From assembly GCA_963674745.2 (NCBI GenBank), contig CAXXDV010000003.1, positions 864,001 through 928,000 of the forward strand: DNA of 64,000 bases, in the 5' to 3' direction. Origin of the DNA: Desulfosudaceae bacterium (GTDB taxonomy: Bacteria > Desulfobacterota > Desulfobacteria > Desulfobacterales > Desulfosudaceae). The notes beneath the pieces were generated by a model, which was given only the letters and a program-made list of their open reading frames with translations, made no database searches and was not told the origin of the DNA. This document shows positions 1 to 9,324 of the stretch, piece after piece. How positions within the stretch are numbered: position 1 is the stretch's first letter; each line of letters starts with the position of its first letter. Position numbers and translations under genes: made by a program.

Positions 1-869
1 CCGAAAAAGAGGACCGAACTGTCTGAATCAATTTTAATTGATTTGGGCAGGCTGCCCCATCGCCGGGTTCTCAGTTCCGGCGAGGTCATGGCTCGCATCA
101 GGGACTGAAAAAAACCGCCGTGGGTGGAGTGCCGTTCACCGCTGCCGATCATTTCGCATCGGATATCCCGGACAAAATCCGGAAAGTTGACACCCGACGG
201 ACAGCGGTCATAACAGAGGCCGCATGTCAGGCAGGCCCAGATGTCGTCATGAACCTTGTCTGCGTCACCGGCAATGATGGCGGAAACCAGGGCCCGTGGA
301 GAAAAAGGCCGGCCGCTGAGCGCCAGGGGACAGGAAGAGGTGCATTTGCCGCAATCCTGGCATTCATAGGCATTATACCGGGACAGAATGTCCGTAAACG
401 ATGGCAGGGTCGTGCGGTCTTCCAGTCTCGGCCGAACGGTCGGAATTACGGGACTATTACCGAGCGCCATAATTTCCTTGCGGAAGGTTTCCAGGAATTC
501 TTTGAGCGACTGAGTTTCGTCCGGGTGAAAGGTCGCCATTTTCATCCGGTTTCGGCCGATGCCCAGCAGGTCGATAATCCGGCGTGTATCTTCGGTATTG
601 TTGTGTGCGGCATCCGTGCCGCTGCCGTATCGGCAGGTGCCGGATTTGCATCCCAGCAAGGCCACACCATCGGCTCCCATTTCAAAGGCTTTAAACAATA
701 ACGCCTTGGTTATCCGTCCGGTACAGGGAATTCTGACCATTCGTATTTCCGAGGGCATGGGATAGCCCTGATCCAGGAGCGCGTTGTAAGCGGAATGAGG
801 GCTCCAGTTGCATAGAAAGAGGACGATGTTGATATCGTTTTCTTTATTGTCCGTTTTTCTTTTGGCCAC
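1..869 (-). CDS. MvhD-like domain fused to HdrC-like 2x[4Fe-4S] domain (heterodisulfide-reductase-related Fe-S oxidoreductase); 3' end lies outside the window
   Basis: Missing from the ORF track because it has no stop in the window. Manual translation from GTG at 869 (RBS AAGGA) gives MAKRKTDNKENDINIVLFLCNWS..RIPCTGRI..GADGVALLGCKSGTCRYG (MvhD signature), then CQDCGKCTSSCP and CLTCGLCYDRCP ferredoxin motifs. The frame stays open to position 1. Confidence 0.85.
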   Translation of the reverse strand, partial: MAKRKTDNKENDINIVLFLCNWSPHSAYNALLDQGYPMPSEIRMVRIPCTGRITKALLFKAFEMGADGVALLGCKSGTCRYGSGTDAAHNNTEDTRRIIDLLGIGRNRMKMATFHPDETQSLKEFLETFRKEIMALGNSPVIPTVRPRLEDRTTLPSFTDILSRYNAYECQDCGKCTSSCPLALSGRPFSPRALVSAIIAGDADKVHDDIWACLTCGLCYDRCPSGVNFPDFVRDIRCEMIGSGERHSTHGGFFQSLMRAMTSPELRTRRWGSLPKSIKIDSDSSVLFF

Positions 870-889
870 GGTTGTTCCTTATAAAAAAA

Positions 890-1071
890 GTTTTAAGGTG
901 TTAGGTTTTAAAGTTTTATGTTTTAGGGAACGGGTCTTCATATTTTGATGTTGTCATCTGGTTCCAAACGGTAGTTAATTTTCCGAGGCGTTTAAAATTA
1001 TTTCCTACTTTATATTCTAACCAAAGCCCACGATTCAAAACCTAAAACCTAAAACTTTAAAACCTAAAACC
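890..1071. repeat. Intergenic element bracketed by inverted 7-8-nt tandem arrays (GTTTTAG-type)
   Basis: Degenerate GTTTTAG/GTTTTAAA units at 890-927; complementary CTAAAAC units at 1037-1071. Confidence 0.8.
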
Positions 1072-4000
1072 TTATTTTATCAGTATTTCTTCCAGTGTCT
1101 GTTCTAAAAACTGCTGGTCCCGATAAGGACTGTCGGCCGCGTTTGACGGGCACACCGAAATACAATTGCCGCATCCTTTGCACAGGGTTTCATCAATTAC
1201 GGCATGCCAGTTATTGTAATCGTTCTGCCGGATGGTGATCGCCTGGTAGGGGCAGGCCTGGATGCAACGGCCGCAGAGTCGGCAATGTTGGGCATCTATG
1301 GCCACGGTATACCCCTTGCTTTGCCTGGGCCCCCGGGGCATAACCGCTGCGGCCAGGGCAGCGGCTGCGGCACCTTTCTGGCGGGCCGAGACCTCTATCC
1401 CGGGCGGCTCAGCCATAAAAATTCCGGCCACGGATGTCATGCCGGGATAATAGTAAGGAATTCCGGTTATATTCGGCCGCTGCATGGTGGCGGAGATTGC
1501 CCGGGCCGGAAGTTCATCCTGACGCAGAAATGTTACCGCGTCGGTGTTTTTGTCTCCGATGATGACCGCCCCGACTTGAAATTCCTGCTCCTGGTCACCC
1601 AGGTTGACTTGGATGTGAAAGTCTCCCAGGCTGCCCGTTATGCGCATTGCCTTTGAACCTTCAAACCGGAGCACGTTCACATCTTTGTGCTTATCGGACA
1701 ACGGCTTCTTTTTTGTGCCGAACATGAAGACATCGATTTTGGACTGCGCCAGAACTTCCGCGCTTTCCAGGGCTGCTTCGGACTCACCGATAATGGCCGT
1801 GGTAAAGTTGTAGTTTCTGGCCGGAGATGAAAATGGTTTGAGATTCCGTGAACGCCGGATGGCGCGATCGGTCATCCCTTCGAAACGCTGAGCGGCTGAT
1901 TCAGGTGAATCAGCGATCAGGTTAAGCACTTCACCCCGCAGGTTGAACGTCGTCACCATGGAACGACTGACGCCGGTGGCGTTGAACAGTCCTTTTTTCA
2001 GGCGGCTGCGCTGATCGGTGCAGGCGCTGCAGACGAAATCCAATGGGCAGCAGACGCACGACGCCAGCACCAGGCGGGTAATTCCTTTTTCACGGACCAC
2101 TCTGAGAATACGCGTTAAACCGTCCTGTATGCAGGCCGCGTTCACGGTTTCAACATGTTCAATGTCCGGGCGTTCCGCAAGTGTCCGGGCATAGGCGTCA
2201 AATTCCGGTAGCCAGCCCAACGCCTGGTTGCAGGCGCAGAAAAAAACACCGATGCGAATGTCTTTCGACAGCCCGGGGTCTGGCGGCGTAAACGTAACGC
2301 CTCTGCCCCCGCGTTGAACAGAGGCGTTGCCGAGTAATGTCATGGCCCGGGCAGCGGCGGCATAACCACGGGTCATCATGGCATGGGTGTCTGCCCGGGA
2401 TGTTTGTGGCCCATAGGCGCGGATGATATCGTCACCCCGCACCATGGGCGCCTGATCTGAATCGGCAATGATAATGGCGCCGACCTGTTCATTGATTGTC
2501 TCGGCCGTTTCATCATGAAAAATGGCGTTAATGGCGCCACAGGCGGTCACGCATTCCATGCATTCAGAGCAGATGCCGCATTGCAGACAGCGTTGCGCCT
2601 CGGCGCCGATCTGCGTTTCCGAACACCCCATGGCCACTTCGTCAAAGTTGCCTCTTCGCTCCGATACGTCACGTTTGGCTATACAAATCCTGTCGTTTGA
2701 GGGAAGGTCTTCGGGAAGCGCTGGAAAATCAAGATCAGCCGGCCGTCTGGCCGCATCATCGGCCGGGAGATCAATAATAATGTCGCAAACCTGTTTCAGT
2801 ATCTGAGCCGCAGCGGCACGACCGTTCGCCATGGCCTGCACCACCGATGAATACCCGGTAACGGCGTCGCCGGCGGCGTAAACGTTTTTCATACCGGTGC
2901 CGTGGCCTTCATCGGTATCAATCAACCCCGCGGATGAAAGGCTTAGTTTCCCTATTTTTTTACCGGTAAAAGGGCCGGTCTGACCGATGGCCACCACCGC
3001 CCGGTCGAATTCCAGCAGAGAAGGGGCGCTGTCTTTGATTACCACCGGCCACTCGATGCCCTGGCTGTCGGCCGGGCCGGGTCGGGTCGGGCGGCAGACA
3101 AGTTGTTTTAAACGGCCATTTTTGCCTTCAAAGGCGACCACCCGCATGCTGTCAATCAACTTGACGCCTTCGGCTAGGGCATCGTCGTATTCTTCCCTGT
3201 CGGCCGGGATTTTATCGGCCGCAAACCAGGAAATCAGGGTCACATCCGCGTTGATACGAACCAGGGCCCGGGCCAGATCAAAGGCCGCGTTGCCGTCGCC
3301 GATCACGGCGACTTTTTTCTTGAGCTTTTTGATTCCTCCCCGGTATAGGCTGGGCAGAAAGTCAAGGCATCCCTGAACACCGGTCAGTTCTTCGCCGGGA
3401 ATTCCCAGTTTACGGTCCGCCCAGGTGCCCGTGGCGATCAGCACGGCATTAAATTTTTTCGTTAATTTGGCCAGATCGGATTTAAAATCAATGTCGCTGC
3501 CGGTCTCAAATTTGACACCCAGCCCTTTGATCCAGGCCAGTTCCATATCCAGGATCGAACGGGGCAGGCGATGAGGACCGATGCCGTAACGAAGCAGGCC
3601 GCCGGCCTTTTTTTCCTTTTCATAAACCGTTACCTGGCAACCCTGGCGGGCCAGTTCTGCTGCTGCGGCCAGGCCGGCCGGGCCGGAACCGATCACGGCT
3701 ATTTTTTCGGGCCGTTTTTCTGTTGCCGTGGATGCCGATTTTTTTTTCGTTTTAGCGGCCTGTCTCATCTCGTGATCGGCCAGGAATTTTTTGATGTCCC
3801 GGATGGCGACCGGCTCGTCCAGCTCGCCGCGGCGGCAGGCGTCTTCACATGGATGGGTGCAGATCCGGCCGCAGATACCGGGTAGCACATTCCGCTGACG
3901 GACAAGTTCCAGTGCTTCTGCAAAACGTCCGGCGCCGGCCAGGGCCACATATCCCTGGGCGTTGACACCCAGCGGGCAGCTTTCCCGGCATAAGGGAAGG

Positions 4001-4446
4001 CGGCGTTTGTCAATGAAAGCCCGACTGGGAAGGCTCTGCCGGCTGTCAAAACCAATGGCTTTGGTATTGTCAATGGATACCGGGCAGGCTTCAACACAAC
4101 GCCCGCAAAGGACGCATAAGTTCGAATCAACAAAGGTGGGACTGGTCCGAATATCAACGCGGAAACCCTGGCGGTTGTGCTTGATGCCGGTAACATGGGC
4201 CGGAAGCAGGGCTTTGATACTGTCATTACGCAGTATCCGTATCAAGCCCGGACGATGGGCCTGGTTCAGCAAAACGCCTGACGGAAGGCGCCAGTGTTCA
4301 GCGCCCAGTTTGGTGTTGATGTCCGGATCACGGTCCACCAGCGTAACCGGTATGCCGATCTCCCCCAGTTTGTTGGCTGCTGCGATACCCGCCGGCGTGG
4401 CGCCGATCACGATCACCCGATGAAGACGTTCCTTGGCGCGTTTCAT
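1072..4446 (-). CDS. HdrL-like flavoprotein (HdrA-related, with inserted NAD(P)H/FAD GltD-like oxidoreductase domain and several Fe-S clusters)
   Basis: N-terminal VIGATPAGIAAA; CVLCGRCVEACP; GltD-like CRESCP..CGRICTHPCEDAC and VIGSGPAG/VIGDGNAA; HdrA-like IGVFFCAC and LASCVCCP; two C-terminal ferredoxin motifs. Confidence 0.85.
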   Translation of the reverse strand: MKRAKERLHRVIVIGATPAGIAAANKLGEIGIPVTLVDRDPDINTKLGAEHWRLPSGVLLNQAHRPGLIRILRNDSIKALLPAHVTGIKHNRQGFRVDIRTSPTFVDSNLCVLCGRCVEACPVSIDNTKAIGFDSRQSLPSRAFIDKRRLPLCRESCPLGVNAQGYVALAGAGRFAEALELVRQRNVLPGICGRICTHPCEDACRRGELDEPVAIRDIKKFLADHEMRQAAKTKKKSASTATEKRPEKIAVIGSGPAGLAAAAELARQGCQVTVYEKEKKAGGLLRYGIGPHRLPRSILDMELAWIKGLGVKFETGSDIDFKSDLAKLTKKFNAVLIATGTWADRKLGIPGEELTGVQGCLDFLPSLYRGGIKKLKKKVAVIGDGNAAFDLARALVRINADVTLISWFAADKIPADREEYDDALAEGVKLIDSMRVVAFEGKNGRLKQLVCRPTRPGPADSQGIEWPVVIKDSAPSLLEFDRAVVAIGQTGPFTGKKIGKLSLSSAGLIDTDEGHGTGMKNVYAAGDAVTGYSSVVQAMANGRAAAAQILKQVCDIIIDLPADDAARRPADLDFPALPEDLPSNDRICIAKRDVSERRGNFDEVAMGCSETQIGAEAQRCLQCGICSECMECVTACGAINAIFHDETAETINEQVGAIIIADSDQAPMVRGDDIIRAYGPQTSRADTHAMMTRGYAAAARAMTLLGNASVQRGGRGVTFTPPDPGLSKDIRIGVFFCACNQALGWLPEFDAYARTLAERPDIEHVETVNAACIQDGLTRILRVVREKGITRLVLASCVCCPLDFVCSACTDQRSRLKKGLFNATGVSRSMVTTFNLRGEVLNLIADSPESAAQRFEGMTDRAIRRSRNLKPFSSPARNYNFTTAIIGESEAALESAEVLAQSKIDVFMFGTKKKPLSDKHKDVNVLRFEGSKAMRITGSLGDFHIQVNLGDQEQEFQVGAVIIGDKNTDAVTFLRQDELPARAISATMQRPNITGIPYYYPGMTSVAGIFMAEPPGIEVSARQKGAAAAALAAAVMPRGPRQSKGYTVAIDAQHCRLCGRCIQACPYQAITIRQNDYNNWHAVIDETLCKGCGNCISVCPSNAADSPYRDQQFLEQTLEEILIK

Positions 4447-5039
4447 TACAGCACCCCCGTCTGACCCGAAGCTTTGCGCTCCCGTCCTTTGAGAAGTGAC
4501 TGGCCGAACTCAAGCCCTTTGGTAAAAGCCTGGTCATTCTTTTTTTCCGTTCCTTTGGGGACAGAGGCTGCCACGGCTTCTCTGGCTGCGGTTTCGGAAA
4601 TCAACCCGGTAACAGCCACGGTAAAACCGATCATGATGATGTTGGCCATCATTTTGCGCCCCAGTTCTTCTGCCATGCGGGTGGCCGGAACGGCGAAATA
4701 ATCCCGCTTGCCGTCCGGTTTGACAAGGTCGCGGTCAGTCAGCAGCAACCCTTCCGGCTTGAGCTGGTCTTTGTATTTGTCGTAAGCCGACTGGGACATG
4801 CAGACAAGCACATCGGGTATTTTGATATACGGGTATTGGATGACCTCGTCCGAGACAATCACCTGGGCCGAGCAGGCCCCGCCCCGGGATTCCGGGCCGT
4901 ATGACTGCACCAGCGTGCTTTCCTTCTTGTCTCCCAGAACCGCTGCCATCCCCAGAATTTTACCGGCCAGAACGATTCCCTGGCCGCCGAATCCGGTGAC
5001 GATGACTTCTTTACGGAGTATTTCTTTTTTTGCGTTCAT
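4446..5039 (-). CDS. korC: 2-oxoacid:ferredoxin oxidoreductase gamma subunit
   Basis: GFGGQG and SYGPESRGG motifs; ATG at 5039 preferred over the TTG at 5057. Confidence 0.9.
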   Translation of the reverse strand: MNAKKEILRKEVIVTGFGGQGIVLAGKILGMAAVLGDKKESTLVQSYGPESRGGACSAQVIVSDEVIQYPYIKIPDVLVCMSQSAYDKYKDQLKPEGLLLTDRDLVKPDGKRDYFAVPATRMAEELGRKMMANIIMIGFTVAVTGLISETAAREAVAASVPKGTEKKNDQAFTKGLEFGQSLLKGRERKASGQTGVL

Positions 5040-5077
5040 TGTTTTGCTTTTGTCCAATTCAGTCGTATTGTTCTTTT

Positions 5078-5365
5078 AAGGGGCCAAGGAGTCAAGGGGT
5101 CAAGGGGTCAAGGGGTCAAGGAACTTCCCATGAACTCGATATTATTGGTCCTCAAACAATACGGTGTATTCAAACCATAGAAAGTTATCGTAAATGCCCA
5201 TTTTAAATATTTAACCAGTACTTTTATCAACCGTCTTCTCGTCGAGTATTACGACGATTAAGCCTTCAATAAAGTAACAACAGGCCTGATACCTGTTTCA
5301 TCACCATATAATTAACTCCAATCTGCTTCCACAATCCCCTTGACCCCTCGACCCCTCGACCCCTT
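5078..5365. repeat. Intergenic element bracketed by inverted 8-nt tandem arrays (AAGGGGTC)n / (GACCCCTY)n
   Basis: About five AAGGGGTC units at 5078-5121 and complementary units at 5336-5365 around an AT-rich core. Confidence 0.85.
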
Positions 5366-5371
5366 CAATGT

Positions 5372-6199
5372 TCACTCCTCCCCCATGCATACCTTGGCAT
5401 AACATTCGTCCTGGGTCGGCTTTTCCACGTGAATAAATTTCCCTAATGTGACGCTTTTGGTTAAGTCCATGTCCAGGGCGGCCGGATCGGCGCCGTTTTG
5501 AATAATGGTTTTATCCTGAAAGCTGTGCAGTATCTGCATGGCCGATTCCTTGTTACGCCGGCCGTAATTAATCGGGCAGGGGGAAAGCACCTCGATAAAT
5601 GCAAAGCCACGATGGTTTATTGCCTCAACAAAAGAATGAATCAGGTCACGGACATGAATCATTGTCCAGCGGGCCACGTAGGTGGCACCCGAAGCGTAAG
5701 CCAGCAGGGGGAGGTTGAATGGCGTTTCCGGGTTGCCGTAGGGCGTGGTCGCTGTTTTGGCCTGGTTGGGGGTTGTGGCCGCCACTTGTCCGCCGGTCAT
5801 GCCGTAGATCAGGTTGTTGATGCAAATGACAGTCAGGTCCATGTTTCGCCTGGCGGCATGAATAAAATGGTTGCCGCCGATGGCAAACAGGTCGCCGTCT
5901 CCTGAAAAAACAATAACATTGAGGTCCGGTTTGGCCATTTTAATCCCGGTGGCAAAAGGGATGGCACGGCCGTGGGTGGTGTGAAACGAATCCAGTTTGA
6001 CATAACCCGCGCCGCGACCGGAACAGCCAATGCCGGATACCATGGTAAATTTACGATAATCGATGCCCGTATCTTTTATGGCGGCCAGGCAGCTCGCAAA
6101 CACCGAGCCCACACCGCATCCCGGGCACCATATATGCGGAATGCGGTCAACCCGGATCAGGTCTTCCAGCGGATGCGCCGGCTGTTTTTTAGCAGCCAT
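5372..6199 (-). CDS. korB: 2-oxoacid:ferredoxin oxidoreductase beta subunit (TPP-binding)
   Basis: WCPGCG, SGIGCS, HTTHGRA, GDGD..NN..YGMTGGQ. Confidence 0.92.
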   Translation of the reverse strand: MAAKKQPAHPLEDLIRVDRIPHIWCPGCGVGSVFASCLAAIKDTGIDYRKFTMVSGIGCSGRGAGYVKLDSFHTTHGRAIPFATGIKMAKPDLNVIVFSGDGDLFAIGGNHFIHAARRNMDLTVICINNLIYGMTGGQVAATTPNQAKTATTPYGNPETPFNLPLLAYASGATYVARWTMIHVRDLIHSFVEAINHRGFAFIEVLSPCPINYGRRNKESAMQILHSFQDKTIIQNGADPAALDMDLTKSVTLGKFIHVEKPTQDECYAKVCMGEE

Positions 6200-6200
6200 A

Positions 6201-7346
6201 TTAAAATGCCTCTTTCATTAATTTAATTACTTCATCGGGAGGGATGATCGTTCCTCCGGGGTGCCCGACCAGGTGGCAGGGGGCATTCCCGCCAACGCAA
6301 CGCATCACCTCGCGGCTGATCTGGCCCATGTTTATTTCGACGGTAATAAAACCTTTGGCCTTTTCGGCCAGTTGTTGAATTTGTTCATCCGGAAAAGGCC
6401 AGACGGTGACCAGCCGCAGCAGTCCGGCTTTGATGCCCATGCGTCGCGCTTCGTCCACCGCCGTGTAGCTGGTCCGGGAAGAGACGCCATATGAAACAAT
6501 AATTATCTCGGCATCTTCCAGCAGGTATCCCCGGGTGCGGACAATGTCTTTGCGGTTGCTGCGGATTTTTCCCAGCAGGCGGGTGATCATGTCGTGCTGG
6601 GTTTCCACAGACATGACCGGGTAGCCCCGTTCATCATGGGTCAATCCGGTGACATGAATGTTAAAGCCGTCGCCGATGGCCGGCATGGGCGGCACCCCGT
6701 TTTTATCGGGGTGATACGGCAGATAATCTTTTTTGCGGCCGGTTGGTTTTCTGCGGCGGACGGTTTTAATGGTTTTGGCCGGGGGGATGACAACCTTTTC
6801 ACTCATGTGCCCCACGATCTCGTCGGACATGATGAAAACCGGCACGCGATAGGTTTCACTGAGGTTGAAGGCCTCGATGGTCAGATCGAACATCTCCTGG
6901 GGCGATGAGGGCGCGATGGCGATGATTTCATAATCCCCGTGAGACCCCCAGCGTGCCTGCATCATATCCGCCTGGGCGCCCATGGTGGGCAGTCCGGTAG
7001 ACGGCCCGGCCCGCTGGATATTGACTACCACACAGGGTGTTTCGGTGACCACGGCCAGGCCGACGGTTTCCATCATCAGGCTGAACCCCGGGCCGGAAGT
7101 GGCGGTCATGGTTTTGACGCCGGTCCAGGCCGCGCCCAGGATGGAGGTCATGGCGGCGATTTCGTCTTCCATCTGGATAAAAGTGCCGCCCACATCCGGC
7201 AGTCGTTCGGACATCTGTTCGGCCACTTCCGTGGCCGGCGTAATCGGGTAGGCGCCAAAAAACCGGCAGCCGGCGGCAATAGCGCCCTCGGCACAGGCAA
7301 TGTCGCCGTTTAGAAAATGTTCACCGGTTAATACGGCTGGTTTCAT
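6201..7346 (-). CDS. korA: 2-oxoacid:ferredoxin oxidoreductase alpha subunit
   Basis: YPITP, QMEDE, TATSGPGFSLM, RAGPSTGLPT. Confidence 0.92.
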   Translation of the reverse strand: MKPAVLTGEHFLNGDIACAEGAIAAGCRFFGAYPITPATEVAEQMSERLPDVGGTFIQMEDEIAAMTSILGAAWTGVKTMTATSGPGFSLMMETVGLAVVTETPCVVVNIQRAGPSTGLPTMGAQADMMQARWGSHGDYEIIAIAPSSPQEMFDLTIEAFNLSETYRVPVFIMSDEIVGHMSEKVVIPPAKTIKTVRRRKPTGRKKDYLPYHPDKNGVPPMPAIGDGFNIHVTGLTHDERGYPVMSVETQHDMITRLLGKIRSNRKDIVRTRGYLLEDAEIIIVSYGVSSRTSYTAVDEARRMGIKAGLLRLVTVWPFPDEQIQQLAEKAKGFITVEINMGQISREVMRCVGGNAPCHLVGHPGGTIIPPDEVIKLMKEAF

Positions 7347-7350
7347 GATT

Positions 7351-7644
7351 TTATTTGTCTGTTTTTAGTGGTTTTGATGTTACCGGTGGTGACGGATCTT
7401 CCACCGAATAAATGGCAAATTCGGGGCACAGCAATTCGCAATAATGGCAGTTCAGGCATTCGTCGTTCTGGACCACCGGGGGATGATATCCTTTTATATT
7501 AAATCCCGTGGAAAAAACCAGAACCTCCCTGGGACAGAACTCGATGCAGTATCCACACCCCTTGCATCGATCCGGAATAATAACAACTTTTCCTTTGGAT
7601 AGCGGGATTTCATCCGTATCCAGCGGTTCACGCCAATATTTCAT
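7351..7644 (-). CDS. korD: 2-oxoacid:ferredoxin oxidoreductase delta subunit (2x[4Fe-4S])
   Basis: CKGCGYCIEFCP and CLNCHYCELLCP; first gene of the operon. Confidence 0.88.
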   Translation of the reverse strand: MKYWREPLDTDEIPLSKGKVVIIPDRCKGCGYCIEFCPREVLVFSTGFNIKGYHPPVVQNDECLNCHYCELLCPEFAIYSVEDPSPPVTSKPLKTDK

Positions 7645-7784
7645 AAGACCGGCCCTGTTTATGTTTTGTCCGTATGATTAGAAACAATCATTTTTTATCT
7701 ATTTTTAATAAAATAGCAACTTAAAAATAATATTTCAGGCAAATGATAGAGACACCCCTGTACTTTTTACAATAGTGTCCCCTT

Positions 7785-8076
7785 TTTTAAGGTGTTAACG
7801 TATTATGGTTTTAGGTTTTAAAGTGTCAGGTTTTAGGTGGTCAAGTAGGGGCACGGCGTGCCGTGCCCGATTGAAGTGCTTAAGTGGTTAGGTGCTTAAG
7901 TGATTATGTGGTTATGTAGTAACACGGCGTGCCGTGTCCGATTCTGATCCGGATTTAGGTGGGCGAGGTTTGAGGGGGTTGTATATTAAGCGGACCGTTT
8001 TATGGGGGGTATGGCGTAGGGGCGACCGGCGGGTCGCCCTTACACACGGGCAACCTTCGGTTGGCCCGTGGCACCC
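7785..8076. repeat. Composite repeat cluster: 7-8-nt tandem arrays plus four REP-like palindromes
   Basis: GTAG-footed hairpins at 7845-7868, 7916-7939 and 8016-8040; GGTG-footed hairpin at 8045-8076 (minus strand); AAGTGNTT-type octamers at 7873-7915. Confidence 0.85.
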
Positions 8077-8313
8077 GTTAAAGAAATATTAACTTGGTTG
8101 GATAACGAATTACGAGACAGTCCTAAAATCCGTGCAGTCCGTACAATCCGTGTCAAAAAAAGACGACCGGGTCGAGTGTGACTTTGACTTGTTCCAGGTG
8201 TTTCCGGCCGTTCATTTGTTTGACAGATTCTCTCTAAACTGGTAAATAAAAATGAACATTCAAGGTATTTCGTTAGATCTTTATTTATAATTTTTTTAGA
8301 GGAGGGTGGTTCG

Positions 8314-9030
8314 ATGAAAAAATGTTTTCTGGTTGTTTTACTTCTGGTGCTTTGCCTGTCTGTTTCATCCGCTTTTGCCGAAGACAAACCGCGGCTGGGC
8401 GTGCTGAGGTTTACCAACAATACCAGTGCCGGTTGGTGGAGCGGCAGTACCGGCAGGGATCTTCAGGACATGCTGATTGCTGAGCTGGCGGCCATGAAAA
8501 GCTTTTCCGTGCTGGAAAGAAAAGAGCTTGAGGCTGTTCTTGGTGAGCAGAATTTAAGTGCTTCCGGCAGAGTCGATCCCAAGTTCAAGGTGCAAATGGG
8601 AAAATTAAAAGGTGCTCCCTACCTTGTGTCTGCCACGGTTTCAGCGTTTGAAGCTGATACCAGCGGCGGTGGTGGCGGTCTTTCCTTTAAGGGCATTTCC
8701 ATCGGCGGCAAACGGGACCGGGCCTATATGGCTGTGGACCTGAAGGTGATTAATTCGACAACCGGGGAGATCGCAGACGTCAGGACAGTCGAGGCAACGG
8801 CCAAGTCCGGCGGCCTGGGCGTGGGCTTCAGCAGGGGCGGTTTGGGGGGCAGTCTGGATGGGTATAAAAAGACACCCACCGGCAAGGCCATCCGGGCCTG
8901 TGTCATGGAGATCGCCGAGTACCTGGAATGCTCCATGGTTAAAGGCCCCAACGACAGCTGCATGCAGGAATACAACGCCAAAGAGAGCAAGAGAAGAGAG
9001 AAAACCAAGGGCTCCATTGACCTTGACTAA
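8314..9030 (+). CDS. CsgG/HfaB family exported protein
   Basis: Signal peptide; LGVLRF..FSVLERKELEAVLGEQNLS..AVDLKVINSTTGEI pattern; RBS GGAGG. Confidence 0.8.
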   Translation: MKKCFLVVLLLVLCLSVSSAFAEDKPRLGVLRFTNNTSAGWWSGSTGRDLQDMLIAELAAMKSFSVLERKELEAVLGEQNLSASGRVDPKFKVQMGKLKGAPYLVSATVSAFEADTSGGGGGLSFKGISIGGKRDRAYMAVDLKVINSTTGEIADVRTVEATAKSGGLGVGFSRGGLGGSLDGYKKTPTGKAIRACVMEIAEYLECSMVKGPNDSCMQEYNAKESKRREKTKGSIDLD

Positions 9031-9050
9031 TTGATAGCTGATAAAAAACG

Positions 9051-9087
9051 CCGGGCCGGGCATTCTTATGCCCGGCCCGGTTTTTTT
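9051..9087 (+). terminator. Rho-independent terminator
   Basis: CCGGGCCGGGCAT-TCTT-ATGCCCGGCCCGG followed by T7. Confidence 0.85.
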
Positions 9088-9094
9088 ATGCAAT

Positions 9095-9324
9095 CAGGGT
9101 TCAAGAAAGGTTCAAGGTTTGAGGTTCGAGGTTCGGGGTTCGGGAAGACGATCGCTTTCCACGGCCCGTAGGGGCAACCCCCTGTGGTTGCCCTTTTCCG
9201 GGCAGGCACGGGGGCCTGCCCCTACATTGTTCATGAACATGTACCACGGCCTGTAGGGCAATCAACGGGTCGCCTCTACGAGGTCAGGCATTATTAAACC
9301 CTAAAACTCTAAAACCTTAAAACC
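9095..9324. repeat. Heptamer array plus inverted REP doublet
   Basis: AGGTTCR units at 9095-9144; GTAGGGGC..GCCCCTAC doublet at 9168-9225; degenerate copy at 9253-9279; TAAAACC-type array at 9293-9324. Confidence 0.8.

Noticed and set aside
120..701. Plus-strand 193-aa ORF
   Set aside because: Antisense shadow of the minus-strand MvhD/HdrC fusion.
7785..8076. Possible CRISPR array
   Set aside because: Repeats are heterogeneous palindromes with irregular spacing, and no cas genes are present.
8125..8155. Three 9-nt units (AATCCGTGC/AGTCCGTAC/AATCCGTGT)
   Set aside because: A single short occurrence with no inverted partner in the window; too weak to call separately.
8040..8420. 126-aa minus-strand ORF
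   Set aside because: Runs antisense to the CsgG-like gene start and through REP DNA, with no recognisable motifs.
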